DNA of 64,000 nt from Octopus vulgaris. Taxonomy: Eukaryota. Position numbers and translations under genes: made by a program. Of the stretch, positions 1-12,125 are shown one piece after another; positions within the stretch are counted from its first letter, which is position 1; every line of letters starts with the position of its first letter. The stretch is taken from NCBI GenBank assembly GCA_951406725.2, contig OX597823.1, forward strand, positions 36,022,001 through 36,086,000. The letters run 5' to 3'. The notes beneath the pieces were generated by a model, which worked only from the letters and a program-made list of their open reading frames with translations, had not been told where the DNA came from and did no database searches.

Positions 1-321
1 TTTACACACATGATGATCATTGTCAACTTGTAGATGAGTGTGACCACTACTGACAAAACAATGCTTGTGCAAAATTTTAGGTCCAATAAGGCTTGCACAA
101 CACCACATAGACCCTCTCCCCTCTATTGACATTTTGCAGACACAAGCCAAAGCAAGATATCCAGTGCCAATATGGATCACAGGCTCAATAATGTAGGAGC
201 ACAATGATCTCGAGTGCAAGCAAAAGATCCCCAAAATGTTCAATGTCATTCCCTGTTCATCTGGTTTTATATCAGAGTGATCTTCTCTTAAAGATATGCT
301 TTCACAAAAGCTGAGGGCTGC

Positions 322-1058
322 CTTAACAGTTGGAAGAAGGCTGTCTGGGCCAAATGCTTCTTTTGGCTGTCTCCAGACATATACTTGGCCGGTGGTTGGA
401 AATAAGGTAAAGGATGACTCGTCCGAGAAAATAACATTCTTCCATAGCGCTAGGGACCAATTCTGTAAGTTTTTACTCCACTCTAAATGCTTTGCAACAT
501 TTGTTTTTGAAAGTAGTGGTTTTCTGATTGCAGCCCTCCTGCTTTGTGCAGCTCCCAGCAAACAGTTTTTGTGGCAACTGGGTTCTCGAGGTGGTCATTA
601 AGCTCTGCAGTAATTTTGGGAGCTGTACTTTTGTGATCCTTTCTAACAATTTGCATAAGAGTCTGACAGTCCCTATCTGAAAGTTTTGGTTTTCGTCCGG
701 AGTTTTGTTTCGACGAGGAGGTTTTTTCCTCTTTCTCAAAAGCTCTCATTACTTTCAAGACAGTACTTCTTGATACACTAAACATTTCGGCTGTTTTTGT
801 TACATTAGCACCTGCCATATGAGCACCAACAATTTGACCTCTTTGAAAGTCCAATAGATCTGTCATTTTAATGAATTTTACTTACTTTTTTTTTATGATA
901 TCTGAAAAGAAACAGCAATTTTAGCAAAGTATATTAAGCAACACTAATAATAAATCGAAAACATAAAAATAAACAAGCTTTTGATGGTTTTATAGATATT
1001 TCAAAATTATGATGCTATAATAAATGCTAGGTGTTTCCATTATTTTGTCCAACCCCTG
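322..1058 (-). mobile_element. Tc1-family DNA transposon, 3'-truncated, frameshifted transposase
   Basis: ORF 483-866(-) MTDLLDFQRGQIVGAHMAGANVTKTAEMFSVSRSTV...SGRKPKLSDRD is a Tc1 paired-type HTH. Another frame continues VIFSDESSFTLFPTTGQVYVWRQPKEAF (first catalytic D). The 5' TIR CAGGGGTTGGACAAAATAATGGAAACAC (minus strand, from 1058) abuts TA at 1059-1060. Confidence 0.92.
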
Positions 1059-2183
1059 TATATAAAAGTAAAATCTTACTGTGGACAAAGCTGCATGGGA
1101 TTCGATTATAAATAAAGAGATATAAAATACATCAAGTGAAGGATATCACCAATGAGTGAAAATTACGTAGGCACACGAGCAACAAGTACTGGACGAATTA
1201 CCAAAAAATATACAATAAGAACAGGACATCACCAACAAGTGAAAAATACATAAACACATAATGAGAAATAAGTACGGGACAAAATACCAAGAGAAGTCTA
1301 ATCCCTCCTCAGTTGTCGACTGTTAATTACTCCCTATTTTGAGCTTTCAACAACAATATAGGAAAACTTCATAAAATAGCAACATCCAGAAATTTTTGGA
1401 ATATAAAATTTGCAGAGAGTTAGAGCTTCGAACGAACAAGCAATAGTGTGGACGTACAGAGTAAACAATTGATGAAAACAAACATTAAGGGCCATTAGGC
1501 CAAGACGCATTGTAATGGGTAATGTCTGGGAGAAATTTTGAAAGGGTATACAATAAATACAAGAGAAGAAAATAGTAGAAGAGAAAAATGTCGGAAGGCA
1601 AGAAAAAAAGGACGTCCAATTAAGTATGCGTCATGTCCAGAAAAGACAGGGGAGAGGAAAAAATGGTCTGTAGTCATGTGGGAACAAACAGACAGAGGAC
1701 AAGAGGGTGCTTGAGGTAAATAAACAAAAAAAAGCTTGAAACTCACGCAACCCCTATTATCAGCAGCTTTATTTACATTTTAATTAATTAATATTATCCC
1801 AAGCCACTTCTAGCAAGGCTACGCAACCCCAGTCAAGGCTTGCCCCCCACCACCACCAAGGGATGGGAATACCTGCTATAGTAGAAAGCATTATATATAT
1901 ATATATGTTGTTGTTTTCTCTCTGTTTAGGTCATTAACAACTATGGTCATGGTGGCTGTGGTCTGACAACTTTCGTTGGTTGTGCAAAAGATGTTGTGGC
2001 TATGATCAGAGAAGCTGGTGCAGCACCATGGTACAGTGCTAGACTTTAATGGTGTGAGTCATGGTTGAATTGTATTGAAACAGCATTGGCAATACACACA
2101 CACATACATATATACACAGGCACACATACACACAAGCACACGTAGATATACACATACATAGACGAACACATATATACGTGGAC

Positions 2184-4038
2184 CGTGCCCAGTCAATTCA
2201 TCAATTTGTCATTGCTTAATGTCCCCAGTCAATTCATCGAGATCATAGGCAAAATGGAAGAATGAATATCCGAATTAAAAAGGTTTGCTGTATTACATAT
2301 TTATTTTTTCTTAAAATTTAAGATTGTGTGCAATTGCTTTTAGAAAAATAATTTTTTGGCTTGGATCATATTTTTCCATGACATTTTTTATGCGCAGGTT
2401 CATATCTCTGTAGTTTTTTTTCTTTTGCCTTGGCTCAAAAGATCGCCTGATACTGGCAAACCTTTCCTCACATTTAATTACATCAATAAGTTTCCAAATA
2501 TTTCAATGACTAATATTCACTGTGCTTTTCAGTGTGCTGTGATAAGCTTCTAAACTATTTGTAGTACAAGCAATCCCTGTCATGCATCGATCCCAAACAT
2601 TCCATATAGGTAGTGGAAATGGAGGTTCAAGGCATCACCTCCTTTGCCCTCTTCCTCTAGGTGGTCCTATATAATTATTTTCAAAATAGGATACAATTTG
2701 ACTGTGGAATATCATCATCTACAAATTGTTCATATCCATCTACAACATCATCAACCGGCAGGAAGGCAAGGGCAACAAAACACCGCATTTTTAGACTGAA
2801 ACTGTCATCTTCGTAATATCTACATTTTAGTTCTTCTTGCACAACATGCTTAAACACATTTGCACTTTTTTTTTTTTTTTGCTCAGGTCAAACACTTTAG
2901 TTTGACCCACATTTTGTCCTAAATGAAATAAGCAGCATGCCAAATTCAACCCAGGAAACGAGTCCAGAAATTCGTTATAAGCTGCTTTTTCGAAATCCAT
3001 AATTACATTATCAGGACATTCATTCTGCAGTAATTCATTTATTTTGGCAAAACTTCTATATACGTGTCTTGACTTTTGTCGGAGAGCAATACGTACAATC
3101 GTGAGGCATTGAAATTGTCAGTTTGGATGTGAAGTATATACAACTGAAAAAATACACTAGAGCAACACTTAAATGTTCCATTTGCCGCCCAGTTCTTGCG
3201 CTGTTTTAACTGTCGAAGTGCTTCAACACTTGGAAATATTAGTATTCGTTTTGAATCTTCCCTCCCGCTGTCATACTGTAAAAACATTTCATCATTGTCA
3301 AGGTAGGAGTATTCATTTGGAATGGAAAACCCAACATTTGTAAGTGGGGTGGCAGGAGAATTAGAATCAACTTGCCTCCAACGTCTAATATTCATATTAA
3401 GCTGTGCAAACGGATGTATTAGCGACAATGTACAGTCATTTAAATTCTGAACTTCACAAACAATAATTGAGCGAGGAGCATCGCGAGATGAAATAGACTT
3501 TACTTTAATATTTGTAACTATTATCCTTGCATTTACTTCTGCAGCAGTTAAAGCATAGATCCCAATCTTCTTAAACTCCTTATAATTTTCATCTGTATGA
3601 AGTCTCGCCTTGCACACACAATTTTTGCACCTCTAGTATTATCTTCAATCCATCTGCCTTCCGCTTATTTTTTGCATACATATAATTTTCTTGATCAACC
3701 ACTTTAATTTTTTCCTTTCTCTGAAGTTATGATCCTGCAGGTAGCCATGTTGATGGGTAGATGTATTGAATAAATTTAATTCAATTTACTTGAAAATCTT
3801 TGTTCATAAACTATTCAGCGCAGATACTTGAGAGAGAGAGGCAGGGTTAAAGAAAGGAAAACAAAATATCTAAAACTGTCCAACGACAATTTTAATTCTA
3901 AATTGATTGTTCTAAACTTTCCCTCAAAAATAACATTTAAGAATCTTTTGAGACAAATTGGCCAGTGACGAATTGATCAACGACAAATTGACAAATTAAC
4001 CAGCGACGAAGTAACCGGGGACGAATTGTCCTAGCACC
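2184..4038 (-). mobile_element. Mutator-like (MULE) DNA transposon with decayed FLYWCH+MULE transposase
   Basis: ORF 3039-3617(-) has CKARLHT (FLYWCH-type end) and FLQYDSG..RILIF..WAANGTFKCC..FFQLYILH..YVLLSDKSQDTY, typical of MULE transposases. Imperfect TIRs with subterminal repeats: cgtgcccagtcaattcatc (2184) vs gacgaattgtcctagcacc (ends 4038). Confidence 0.85.
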
Positions 4039-4434
4039 TACATCGACACACATATACATAACACACACATGCACTGATGACTAGATATACACATATACTC
4101 ACAAATATTTAGTTACCTTAACACAATTTCCAAACAATTAATTTCATTTTTAAAGACAAAAAAAAAAGACTTAGTGTTTACATTTTTTTTCATGCAATTC
4201 AAAAAATCTAATTACAAATTATCAATAAGTTACTTATTCCTGAATCTGTATATTTAGTACTGATCTGGATTTAAACTCTGGAACTAAATTTCTGACCTAA
4301 GAATGGTAACAAAGCTAAAACTTTGATAAATTTCAATTGAAATAGTATTATATTTCTAACTTTTTAGTAGTTGTGAGAAAATGGACCATGATGTTGGGGT
4401 GCAGCTGATATATTGAAACTCTAAAAGAGGTAAT

Positions 4435-4650
4435 TACAGCAGTGGATTAGCAGAATCGTTAGAGCAATAGAAAAATGGTTTGTGGTGTTACTTGAGGTTT
4501 TTTAGGTTCTGCATTCAAAACTTGCCAAGGTTGACTTTACTTATCATTCCTCCAGAGTCTATAAAATAAAGTACTAATGAAGTACTAGGGGTTGATGCTA
4601 CTGACTAACACCCTCCCCTCAAAATTGCAAGCCTTCTGCTTAAAATTGAA
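4435..4650 (+). mobile_element. Degraded tRNA-derived SINE, same family as 8131-8547
   Basis: gcagaatcgttagagc...ttcaaaacttgccaaggttgactttacttatcattcc...ataaaataaagtact aligns by eye to the young copy at 8131. Confidence 0.7.
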
Positions 4651-5744
4651 AGTATTAAAAACTGATAATTTCATTAATTTTGTAACACTTGATTTTGTTG
4701 TAATGAATTCTCTGAATAAATAAACAATATATTGCATTCAAATACTGACTGCCTTGTAATTGTTACTGTTGTTGTTATTGCTGCTTAGCCCCAGGTCATC
4801 CCTAATCAAGCAGATCTACAATTAAAGAAATTACATGGCTTTTGTCCTTGTTTTTATTGGGTTTTTTTTCCAGAATTAAGTTATCTAATGTATCCTTTTT
4901 TTTAAGATAATGCAATGTGATTTGAGGTAGATTTGATAGCTATTTCTAGCACGGTGAGTAGCTATATATAAGCTCCTGTATTTAACTATGTTGTCTTCCA
5001 TGAAACATGAATTGAATGCATATAACGCATTGAAAAGCTATTTGCATTCTACACTGCAACACTATACCCAAAACATACAGAAATAATAAAAGAATCATAT
5101 GAGATATGGAGGAAAAATAATAAAGATATGTATAAGGAAAAGCATTACACAAAATATATTTGCAAACGTCCAATGATATATCATCTTATAAGAAGGGAAA
5201 GTTACCAAAATCAAAATAGACAAACTCATACTGTAAATAATCAACGAAATAAAAAAAAACACACATACACTACAGGGTGGATACCCAACAGAAGAACACA
5301 ACTTGCATTACACATACAACACACAATATAAACACTAATACAACAAAAAACTCAAGCCAAATCCCATAACAAAACATACTAATGTAGCACAATGCCAGGA
5401 AGATTTCGTACCTCCCCAATAACAACAAAAAACACACACAATGCTGCAAACACCTCAGCAATACAAATTGTAGTATGTAATGCAGTAGAAATTTACCTGA
5501 AACTATCAAATTTCAAATGATGATGATGATGATGATAGTGATAATAAGAGGGGAAAAAAGCATCAGATGCATGATGATGCTCTCACGATAAACACACACA
5601 CACGCATCAACATTACATGAGTTAATACATAAGCTCAAGTGATAACAGCATAAATGAGGCTGGACCTTTAAGGAAAGACCTCTCACTCAGTAGTGGTACA
5701 GCACAGATGCAGACTGACCTGTCATTATTCTAATACAGCATCAG

Positions 5745-6990
5745 CACATAATAGAGTAATGGGGAAGAAATGAACAAGTGAAGAGAACAGGGTAGCGATG
5801 CAGTACTATTCAGAAAGTGAACCCAAAGTAAGAGGTTACAGAAAATGTATGTTAGCATTTTGATTAAAGAAAGGTATGTTTGATGTAACAGAGCACAGGT
5901 TAATACTATTTGGAGAAATACGTAGATGACAGGATTAAAGGTACAAGATATTGCAAGACAATTTAAAAAATGAATCATTGGGCAATAAACTGCACTTGCA
6001 AAGACCTGTTGAGTCAAGTGAAGTCACTGTAATGGCTGGTGACTGTACCACCTGATTGGCACCCATGCCGGTGCACATAAAAAGCACCATTCAAGCATGG
6101 TCAATGCCAGTACCGCCTGACTGGGCCTCATGCCAGTGGCACGTAAACAGCACCCACTACACTCTCGGAGTGGTTGGTATTAGGAAGGGCATCCAGCTGT
6201 AGAAACTTTACCAGATCAGATTGGAGCCTGGTACAGCCTTCTGGCTTGCCAGCCTTCAATCAAACCATCCAACCCATGCCAGCATGGAAAGTGGACGTTA
6301 AACAATGATGATGGTGATGATGACTACCAAAACTAACACCAGCATCTTAAGTGAGGAAGATCAGAAGATTTTAGATGAATTGAAGGGAGTAATGAGTAAA
6401 GAAAAAAGAAAATGACTACTAACATTAAAAAGTGTTTAATAGAAGGGAGTTGCAAAAAAACAGATTCTGTTATCAGCAGAATTGATACTAGAGATATGGG
6501 TAACACTAACTTATTAAAGAAAACACTAACTTATTAGGATAAAGAAAAAGGGGCTAAATGTAGATGAAACAAAGATTGCAGTCTAAAACAACAAAGATCA
6601 AGAGAAATGGCCTAAGAATTGAAGAATATAAAATCAACAGATTGTTCCAACAAGACCAGAAAAGGGTTTATCAACAGCTGAATGGAAAGGTTAACAGCAA
6701 TGAGAGACCAGATGCTGAAGAAAGTAGAAGGTTTTGGTGTAACATCAGGGATAATGGAAGAAAGCTTAACTAAGATGCTTAACAAAGAATTGTTTCACCT
6801 ATAGTCAGACACTTTGGGCTCCGCACCCCATTGTTGAGCATTTTATCCATTTGCATGGCTATTCTTCTGTGAAGCGCTGGGAAATTTTTAAGCCAATATT
6901 CTTGTACCCCATCTGGGTCTGGGTATTTCCAGTTTGGGATCTTTGTTGTCTGTTCGGTTACCATTTCAGTCGTTATTCTAATATTGCTGT
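5745..6990. mobile_element. R4/Dong-clade non-LTR retrotransposon relic, SINE-interrupted and partly inverted
   Basis: + strand YYSESEPKVRGYRKCM and KQRLQSKTTKIKR..INRLFQQDQKRVYQQL..PDAEESRRFW. - strand 6779-6964 IPNWKYPDPDGVQEYWLKNFPALHRRIA..P.CLTIGETIL matches the NWKAPGPDG..FWLK pre-RT motif of R4/Dong elements. Confidence 0.75.
6025..6323 (+). mobile_element. SINE 3' part with (GAT)n tail
   Basis: ggcacgtaaacagcacccactacactctcggagtggttggtattaggaagggcatccagctgtagaaac...gcatggaaagtggacgttaaacaatgatgatg. The same sequence recurs at ~17690, 18685, 45135, 46500, 58600 and 60496. Confidence 0.85.
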
Positions 6991-8130
6991 TTCACTTCAT
7001 ATTTTTCCAATCTTAATAGTTGAAAGAATTAAGACCTCAGCAGGATTTACTAAAGATATCCTTGTCGCAAAATTTAAATAGGGTAAATGAAGAGATAGAG
7101 AAAGGGAAAGAGAGAGGAAGGAAGAAGAGTGAGGAGGATGGTGACAAAAAGAGAGAAGGAGAGAAAGAAAGTAATGGCAGACCGTGTTGTGAAACGAAAT
7201 CCCATAACCTGTTGCGTAATTGGGAGTTATCTCCCATTAGTCGCTATATTTTCTATATTTTCAAATTTACTAGAAATAGTCTTGAACAACATCTTTTATT
7301 ATGAGAAAACATGCACGACATATTTCAGGAAAAGCTTTCGGGCAACTTTAACCGAGTAGGATTAAGTTGGGGCCTTTTTTTTTTTTTGAGGAATTTTGTT
7401 ATTTTTTAAATTCAGTATATATTTTAATGTTGATTTTATTCCTGCTCAGTGGTTAGAATTCAAATCGAGCTACACAAATCTGTTTCCTCATGGACTACAT
7501 TCTCTCCGAATCGAAGCAGGGCAATCCTTTGGTATTGGTACACAGAGTGTCAATATGAGAAGACGACATTATTCGCCTCTTTGTCTAAGTCATGAGGGAA
7601 GGTTGTGAGGGTGAATGATGTCGTCTACCAATGCCAAAGTATGGCCTGAAGGGGATGTCTGTATGTGACTGTATTGAGCAAGGAGAAGCCATTATACATC
7701 AATTTCCACAAGGTGTTGACAGTGACGTATGTTGGCCCAATGATGAGCAATTGAAAGTGAATGGAGTTAGCCAGCTGTGGCGGCCATCACTTCCCAAAAT
7801 GAACGGTGAAGGTAGATGACTTATCTCTTTGTGTGAATGACAAGAAAGGTTGTTAGCACAAAGTACCTCTTCGTGTTTCCAGAGGAAAATGATAACTTAG
7901 GTCATAGGGATAAGGATATCTCTGAAGCCATGTATTTCTAGCAAATAGAGGAAGAGAAACGTTCCAGCTGTAATCATCATGTATCTTTGAAAATGTAGGG
8001 TGTGGTTTAACAAGAATTTATCCGTTATTTCCATCAGGATAAGTGATCCCATAGAGGATCCGTCTCTTTGTTGTTGTTTATTCGACTCTGGTAGTGACCA
8101 CCTTTTATTATCCAATATATACTCAATATT

Positions 8131-8547
8131 AGGACGGCGAGCTGGCAGAAACGTTAGTACGCCGGGCGAAATGCTTAGTGGTATTTCGTCTGTCGTTACG
8201 TTGTGAGTTCAAATTCTGCCGAGGTCGACTTTGCCTTTCATCCTTTCGGGGTCGATAAATTAAGTACCAGTTACGCACTGGGGTCGATGTAATCGACTTA
8301 ATACCTATGTCTGTCCTTGTTTGTCCCCTCTGTGTTTAGCCCCTTGTGGGTAATAAAGAAATAGGTACTTCGTCTGCCGTTACGTCCTGAGTTCAAATTC
8401 CGCCGAGGTCGACTTTGCCTTTCATCCTTTCGGGGTCGATTAAATACGTACCAGTTACGCACTGGGATCAATGTAGTCGACTTAATGCCTTTGTGTGTCC
8501 ATGTTTGTCCCCTCTATGTTTAGAACCCTGTGGGCAATAAAGAAATA
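8131..8547 (+). mobile_element. Young tRNA-derived SINE with tandemly duplicated body
   Basis: A-box-like gagctggcagaaacgttag and B-box-like gagttcaaattc. A ~184-bp unit is repeated (8180, 8364). TSD aataYatactcaatatt at 8114-8130 and 8548-8564. Confidence 0.9.
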
Positions 8548-8735
8548 AATACATACTCAATATTTTAAGGTAGTAAAGTATGGAGTAGATTTGGCTGATA
8601 TTTGTAGCACATCGAATGACCACATAGAAGCTTCCTAACTATTATCTGTAGTAGATGACACTAAGAGTGTCACGTAATGGGACTGAATCCACAACCACAC
8701 GCTTGAGAAGCAGGCTGTTTAACCACATAGGCATG

Positions 8736-8739
<4 letters not shown>

Positions 8740-8824
<85 letters not shown>
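8740..8824. repeat. (TG)n microsatellite
   Basis: Direct read. Confidence 0.98.
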
Positions 8825-8826
<2 letters not shown>

Positions 8827-9401
8827 CGGTTTGTGTCACGGTTTGTGTCACCAATGTAATACCAATGAAGTGGGTTAGTTAAGGTTAGCGATTGTAATGA
8901 TATGCAACGGCTCTTGTCACATCAGAAGGAAGTAGTTCTTTCTAGTCGGGGTTACGGTCGAGAGTCACCAATTTGTAACGGCTGTATTACGATATCTGTT
9001 GGAGTCGGCAGTTAGCGATTGTAACGAGTGTTGCTGTTGCAGATGTTCAAGATGAAAGAAGAACAGTGATCGAAGTCGGAAAGAAATATTTCTTTACCGT
9101 TACTTTGTATATATCCAAAACCACGACGGGTTGGTATGTATAATTAGTAAGTGGAAAAGCATGCGAGGGAAAAAAAGAGTTAATTTCGGCCTGTATGTGT
9201 GTACACGTTTTTATTGTAGCTAGTAAACTATAGATAGTGTTAGATAGAGAAAAGAAATTGAGCTAGTTAAAGTTATAGGGAAGTTGTCTCATAGTTGTAA
9301 CCTTCTTTCTCCCTCTGGTCGTTTGGTCTCAAGTGGCTGCCTGCTTGCGACCATGACTCTGATTCCCCGTTCATTAACTCATGGTCGCTCTCCTTAAGTA
9401 A

Positions 9402-11305
9402 TTTATTTTATTTGCCAATACATGGCTAATATAGAAGGGATAACACAAGGACAAAACAAAAACATTTAGGGACTGGGGTTATACATTGGTTAGTCTGAGT
9501 TATGGCCGTCACCTTACTTGTGACCTCGCTCCAGATTTTCTTCATCTGAAGCTCCAGTCCAAACCAGACCCCGAGCAGTTTAACCGGCCCTCCATCCAAC
9601 GTCTCACGCCGTATCCTGAGATAAAGCTGCCCATCTCAATTCTCCTTCCAGTATGGCTACTACGCAGAAAAAGGACACCTTCTTTTCCTCATTAAAGGAG
9701 GGAGGCGGTACAATCTTGGTGAGAGACTCAATCGATAACCGTACTCTTTCCGTTTCCGACGTCAGTAGTTCAACATAGGTTATCAGTTTCTCACAATGTA
9801 CGAAGGTGTGCAAGACAGTTTCACTGACATGCTTACAGCTCAGGCATGTAGCGGAGGTACAAACACCATACCTTGACAAACTTTCTCGAACTGGCAAGGC
9901 CGATAAGTAGCACAACCAGACCAGGGATTTCTGAAGTTGTTCAGATAACTCAGCCCGAATATTCTTCCAAGCAGGTTGACAAGCTGTTCCCCCATCGAAG
10001 CCTAGAGTCTCCCCGAGGACGTCGTCGGACATGTGCTCTACCAACCCGCTAAAAAAAAATCCGCAGTGGTAGCCCCGTTGCCGGTATTGCTCGTCCGGGA
10101 GAACAGAGCGAGTGCTTGTCTGCACTCCCTCTGCCATTCGCCCATTTTGGGCCTCCGCCTGATCCATGTGCCTACGGCCCGCAGAGACGTCGATTGTGGC
10201 AGGAAGAACTTGACATGTGGTGACCACACCCGTTTACTATCTCAGCCTCAGCGCATACTTGCGCATCATCAGCCAAGGCATCCCTAACTCACACTTAAAC
10301 GGTTTCTGGCAGTAGATGGAGCGACTCACAAGTGGTGGTTTCCCATTCCACAAAAAGCAGAAAAAGATCCGTTCCAGCTTGGTCAAGACACAACGCTTAG
10401 GCGATAGATTATCACAGATGCTCTAAACACCTGTGCACCCTCGCCCCTCACTAGCAAGGATAACGTCCTCCCAGACCAGGTCTGGGTTATGGCCGTCACC
10501 TTGCTTGTGACCTCGCTCCAGTTTTTCTTCATCTGGAGATCCAGTCCAAACAAGACCCCGAGCAGTTTAACCAGACCCTCCGTCCAACGTCCCACAACGC
10601 TATTGAGAGGCATGGATTTGCCTCTCCCGGTGCCGAGTTGCAAGCCGACTGATTTTTCCTGGTTAACTTTTGCTCCTGTCACCACTTCGTATCTTTTAAT
10701 GGCATCTTCTACACGAGGTAGCTGCCCTTCATGAGACACGATGACGGTGATATCATCCGCATATACCGTAGCTCCTCTACCATAACATAGATCACGCGGG
10801 TCTTCTCCCATGACCTCCAACCTCCACAGCAGTGGCTCAAGAGCTAATACATACAGAAGCGGAGACAAGAAGCAGCCCTAGCGAACTGAGCGATCGATCG
10901 CGGACGGCTTTGAGAAGAAACCTTAGCCAAAATCTTTAACTCTGTGTTTAGCAGAGTTATGGGTCTAAAATTACTAATCTCATTCCCCTTTCTCGGCTCC
11001 TTCCTGATCAGTGTTACTACTCCTCAGCCCACAGATTTGGGAATTCTCCCGTTCTGCTGCCACCTTGCGTATACACCGGCCAGTATGTTCCCGAACAAGT
11101 CTAGCATACTCTTATAAAATTCATAAGGAAGATTATCCAGTCCCGGCAACTTGTCCCCGGGGCACTGCCAAAGCACCTCTATGACCTCTGCAGCTGTGAT
11201 CGGCCCTTCATAGCACCCCGCCTTACATGCTGAGAGACACAGGCTGCCGGCCAGGAAATCCCGAAGGACATCCCCATGGTCTAGCATCCAAAAAATATAA
11301 AGCAA
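9402..11305 (-). mobile_element. Tx1-like (L1 group) non-LTR retrotransposon ORF2 relic
   Basis: KLPGLDNLPYEFYK (11024-11305), SPLLYVLALEPLL..YADDITV..GAKVNQEKS (RT, 10383-10868) and C-terminal CLSCKHVSETVLHTFVHC zinc motif (9604-10227). Multiple deletions and stops. Confidence 0.9.
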
Positions 11306-11640
11306 AACCTAACCACTTGTAACATTCTGTTCCTTCTAAACTAAATCATATCTAATTAGTCATTCCCAACATGTTTGATTATCTCCCTTATATCGGAAAA
11401 AATCCCTGAATACCTTCCCCTGTCTGGAACTCCATATTTCACAATATAGTGAAGACATGACACGATGTAGGTAAAGAAATTTGAGAAATTTGAAAAGAAA
11501 ATACGAAACCGGTTATTTCTCCAAAAACTATGTTACTACACGCGAAATTTTATAACATTTTTCTAACATAACGATTTAAATATATTCTTTAACCATATAA
11601 CACAAGTCTTCTGTAATTTTTTCACTCTTTTTTATTTTAC

Positions 11641-11675
<35 letters not shown>

Positions 11676-11709
11676 TGTATGTATGTATGTATGTATGTAT
11701 GTATGTATG

Positions 11710-11768
<59 letters not shown>
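11641..11768. repeat. (TATG)n/(TA)n compound microsatellite
   Basis: Direct read. Confidence 0.97.
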
Positions 11769-11770
<2 letters not shown>

Positions 11771-11904
11771 TAGCAGAGATACCCGGTTTTGCTTGGGATT
11801 AAAATAGCAGTTTTTTATTGTTTTACTTGTTTCGGTCATGTGACTGCGGCCATGCTGGAGCACCTTCGTTGGTCAAACAAATTAACCACATGATTTATTC
11901 TTTG

Positions 11905-11918
11905 TACACACACACACT

Positions 11919-11985
<67 letters not shown>

Positions 11986-11993
11986 ACACACAC
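11905..11993. repeat. (CA)n microsatellite within a minus-strand SINE fragment
   Basis: Direct read. Flanked by SINE-like gcggccatgctggagcacc and cttctttcagtttc..cactcacaaggctttggtc. Confidence 0.9.
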
Positions 11994-12125
11994 AAACAAA
12001 TATACACAGATATACGACAGTCTTCTTTCAGTTTCTGTGTACGAAATCCACTCACAAGGCTTTGGTCAGCACCTCTATGACCTCTGCAGCTGTGATCGGC
12101 CCTTCATAGGTCATGTATGAAATTT

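Noticed and set aside
1290-1350. Minus-strand gctc-AAAA-tagggag-TA..CTGAGGA-ggg, a possible permuted hammerhead
   Set aside because: GAAA is mutated and stems I and III cannot be paired convincingly.
8642-8882. ORFs with HTHT/CVCV runs (also 11576-12120, 14230-14626, 32507-32868, 47381-47722)
   Set aside because: Translations of microsatellite or low-complexity DNA.
8825-9110. Repeated motifs tcaccaat / gttagcgattgtaaYga about 120 bp apart, superficially array-like
   Set aside because: Only two degenerate copies, not CRISPR-like. Probably an unclassified repeat or LTR fragment.
11769-11800. Minus-strand Helitron-like 3' end (hairpin plus CTAG)
   Set aside because: Only ~30 bp, with no body or matching 5' end in the right orientation.
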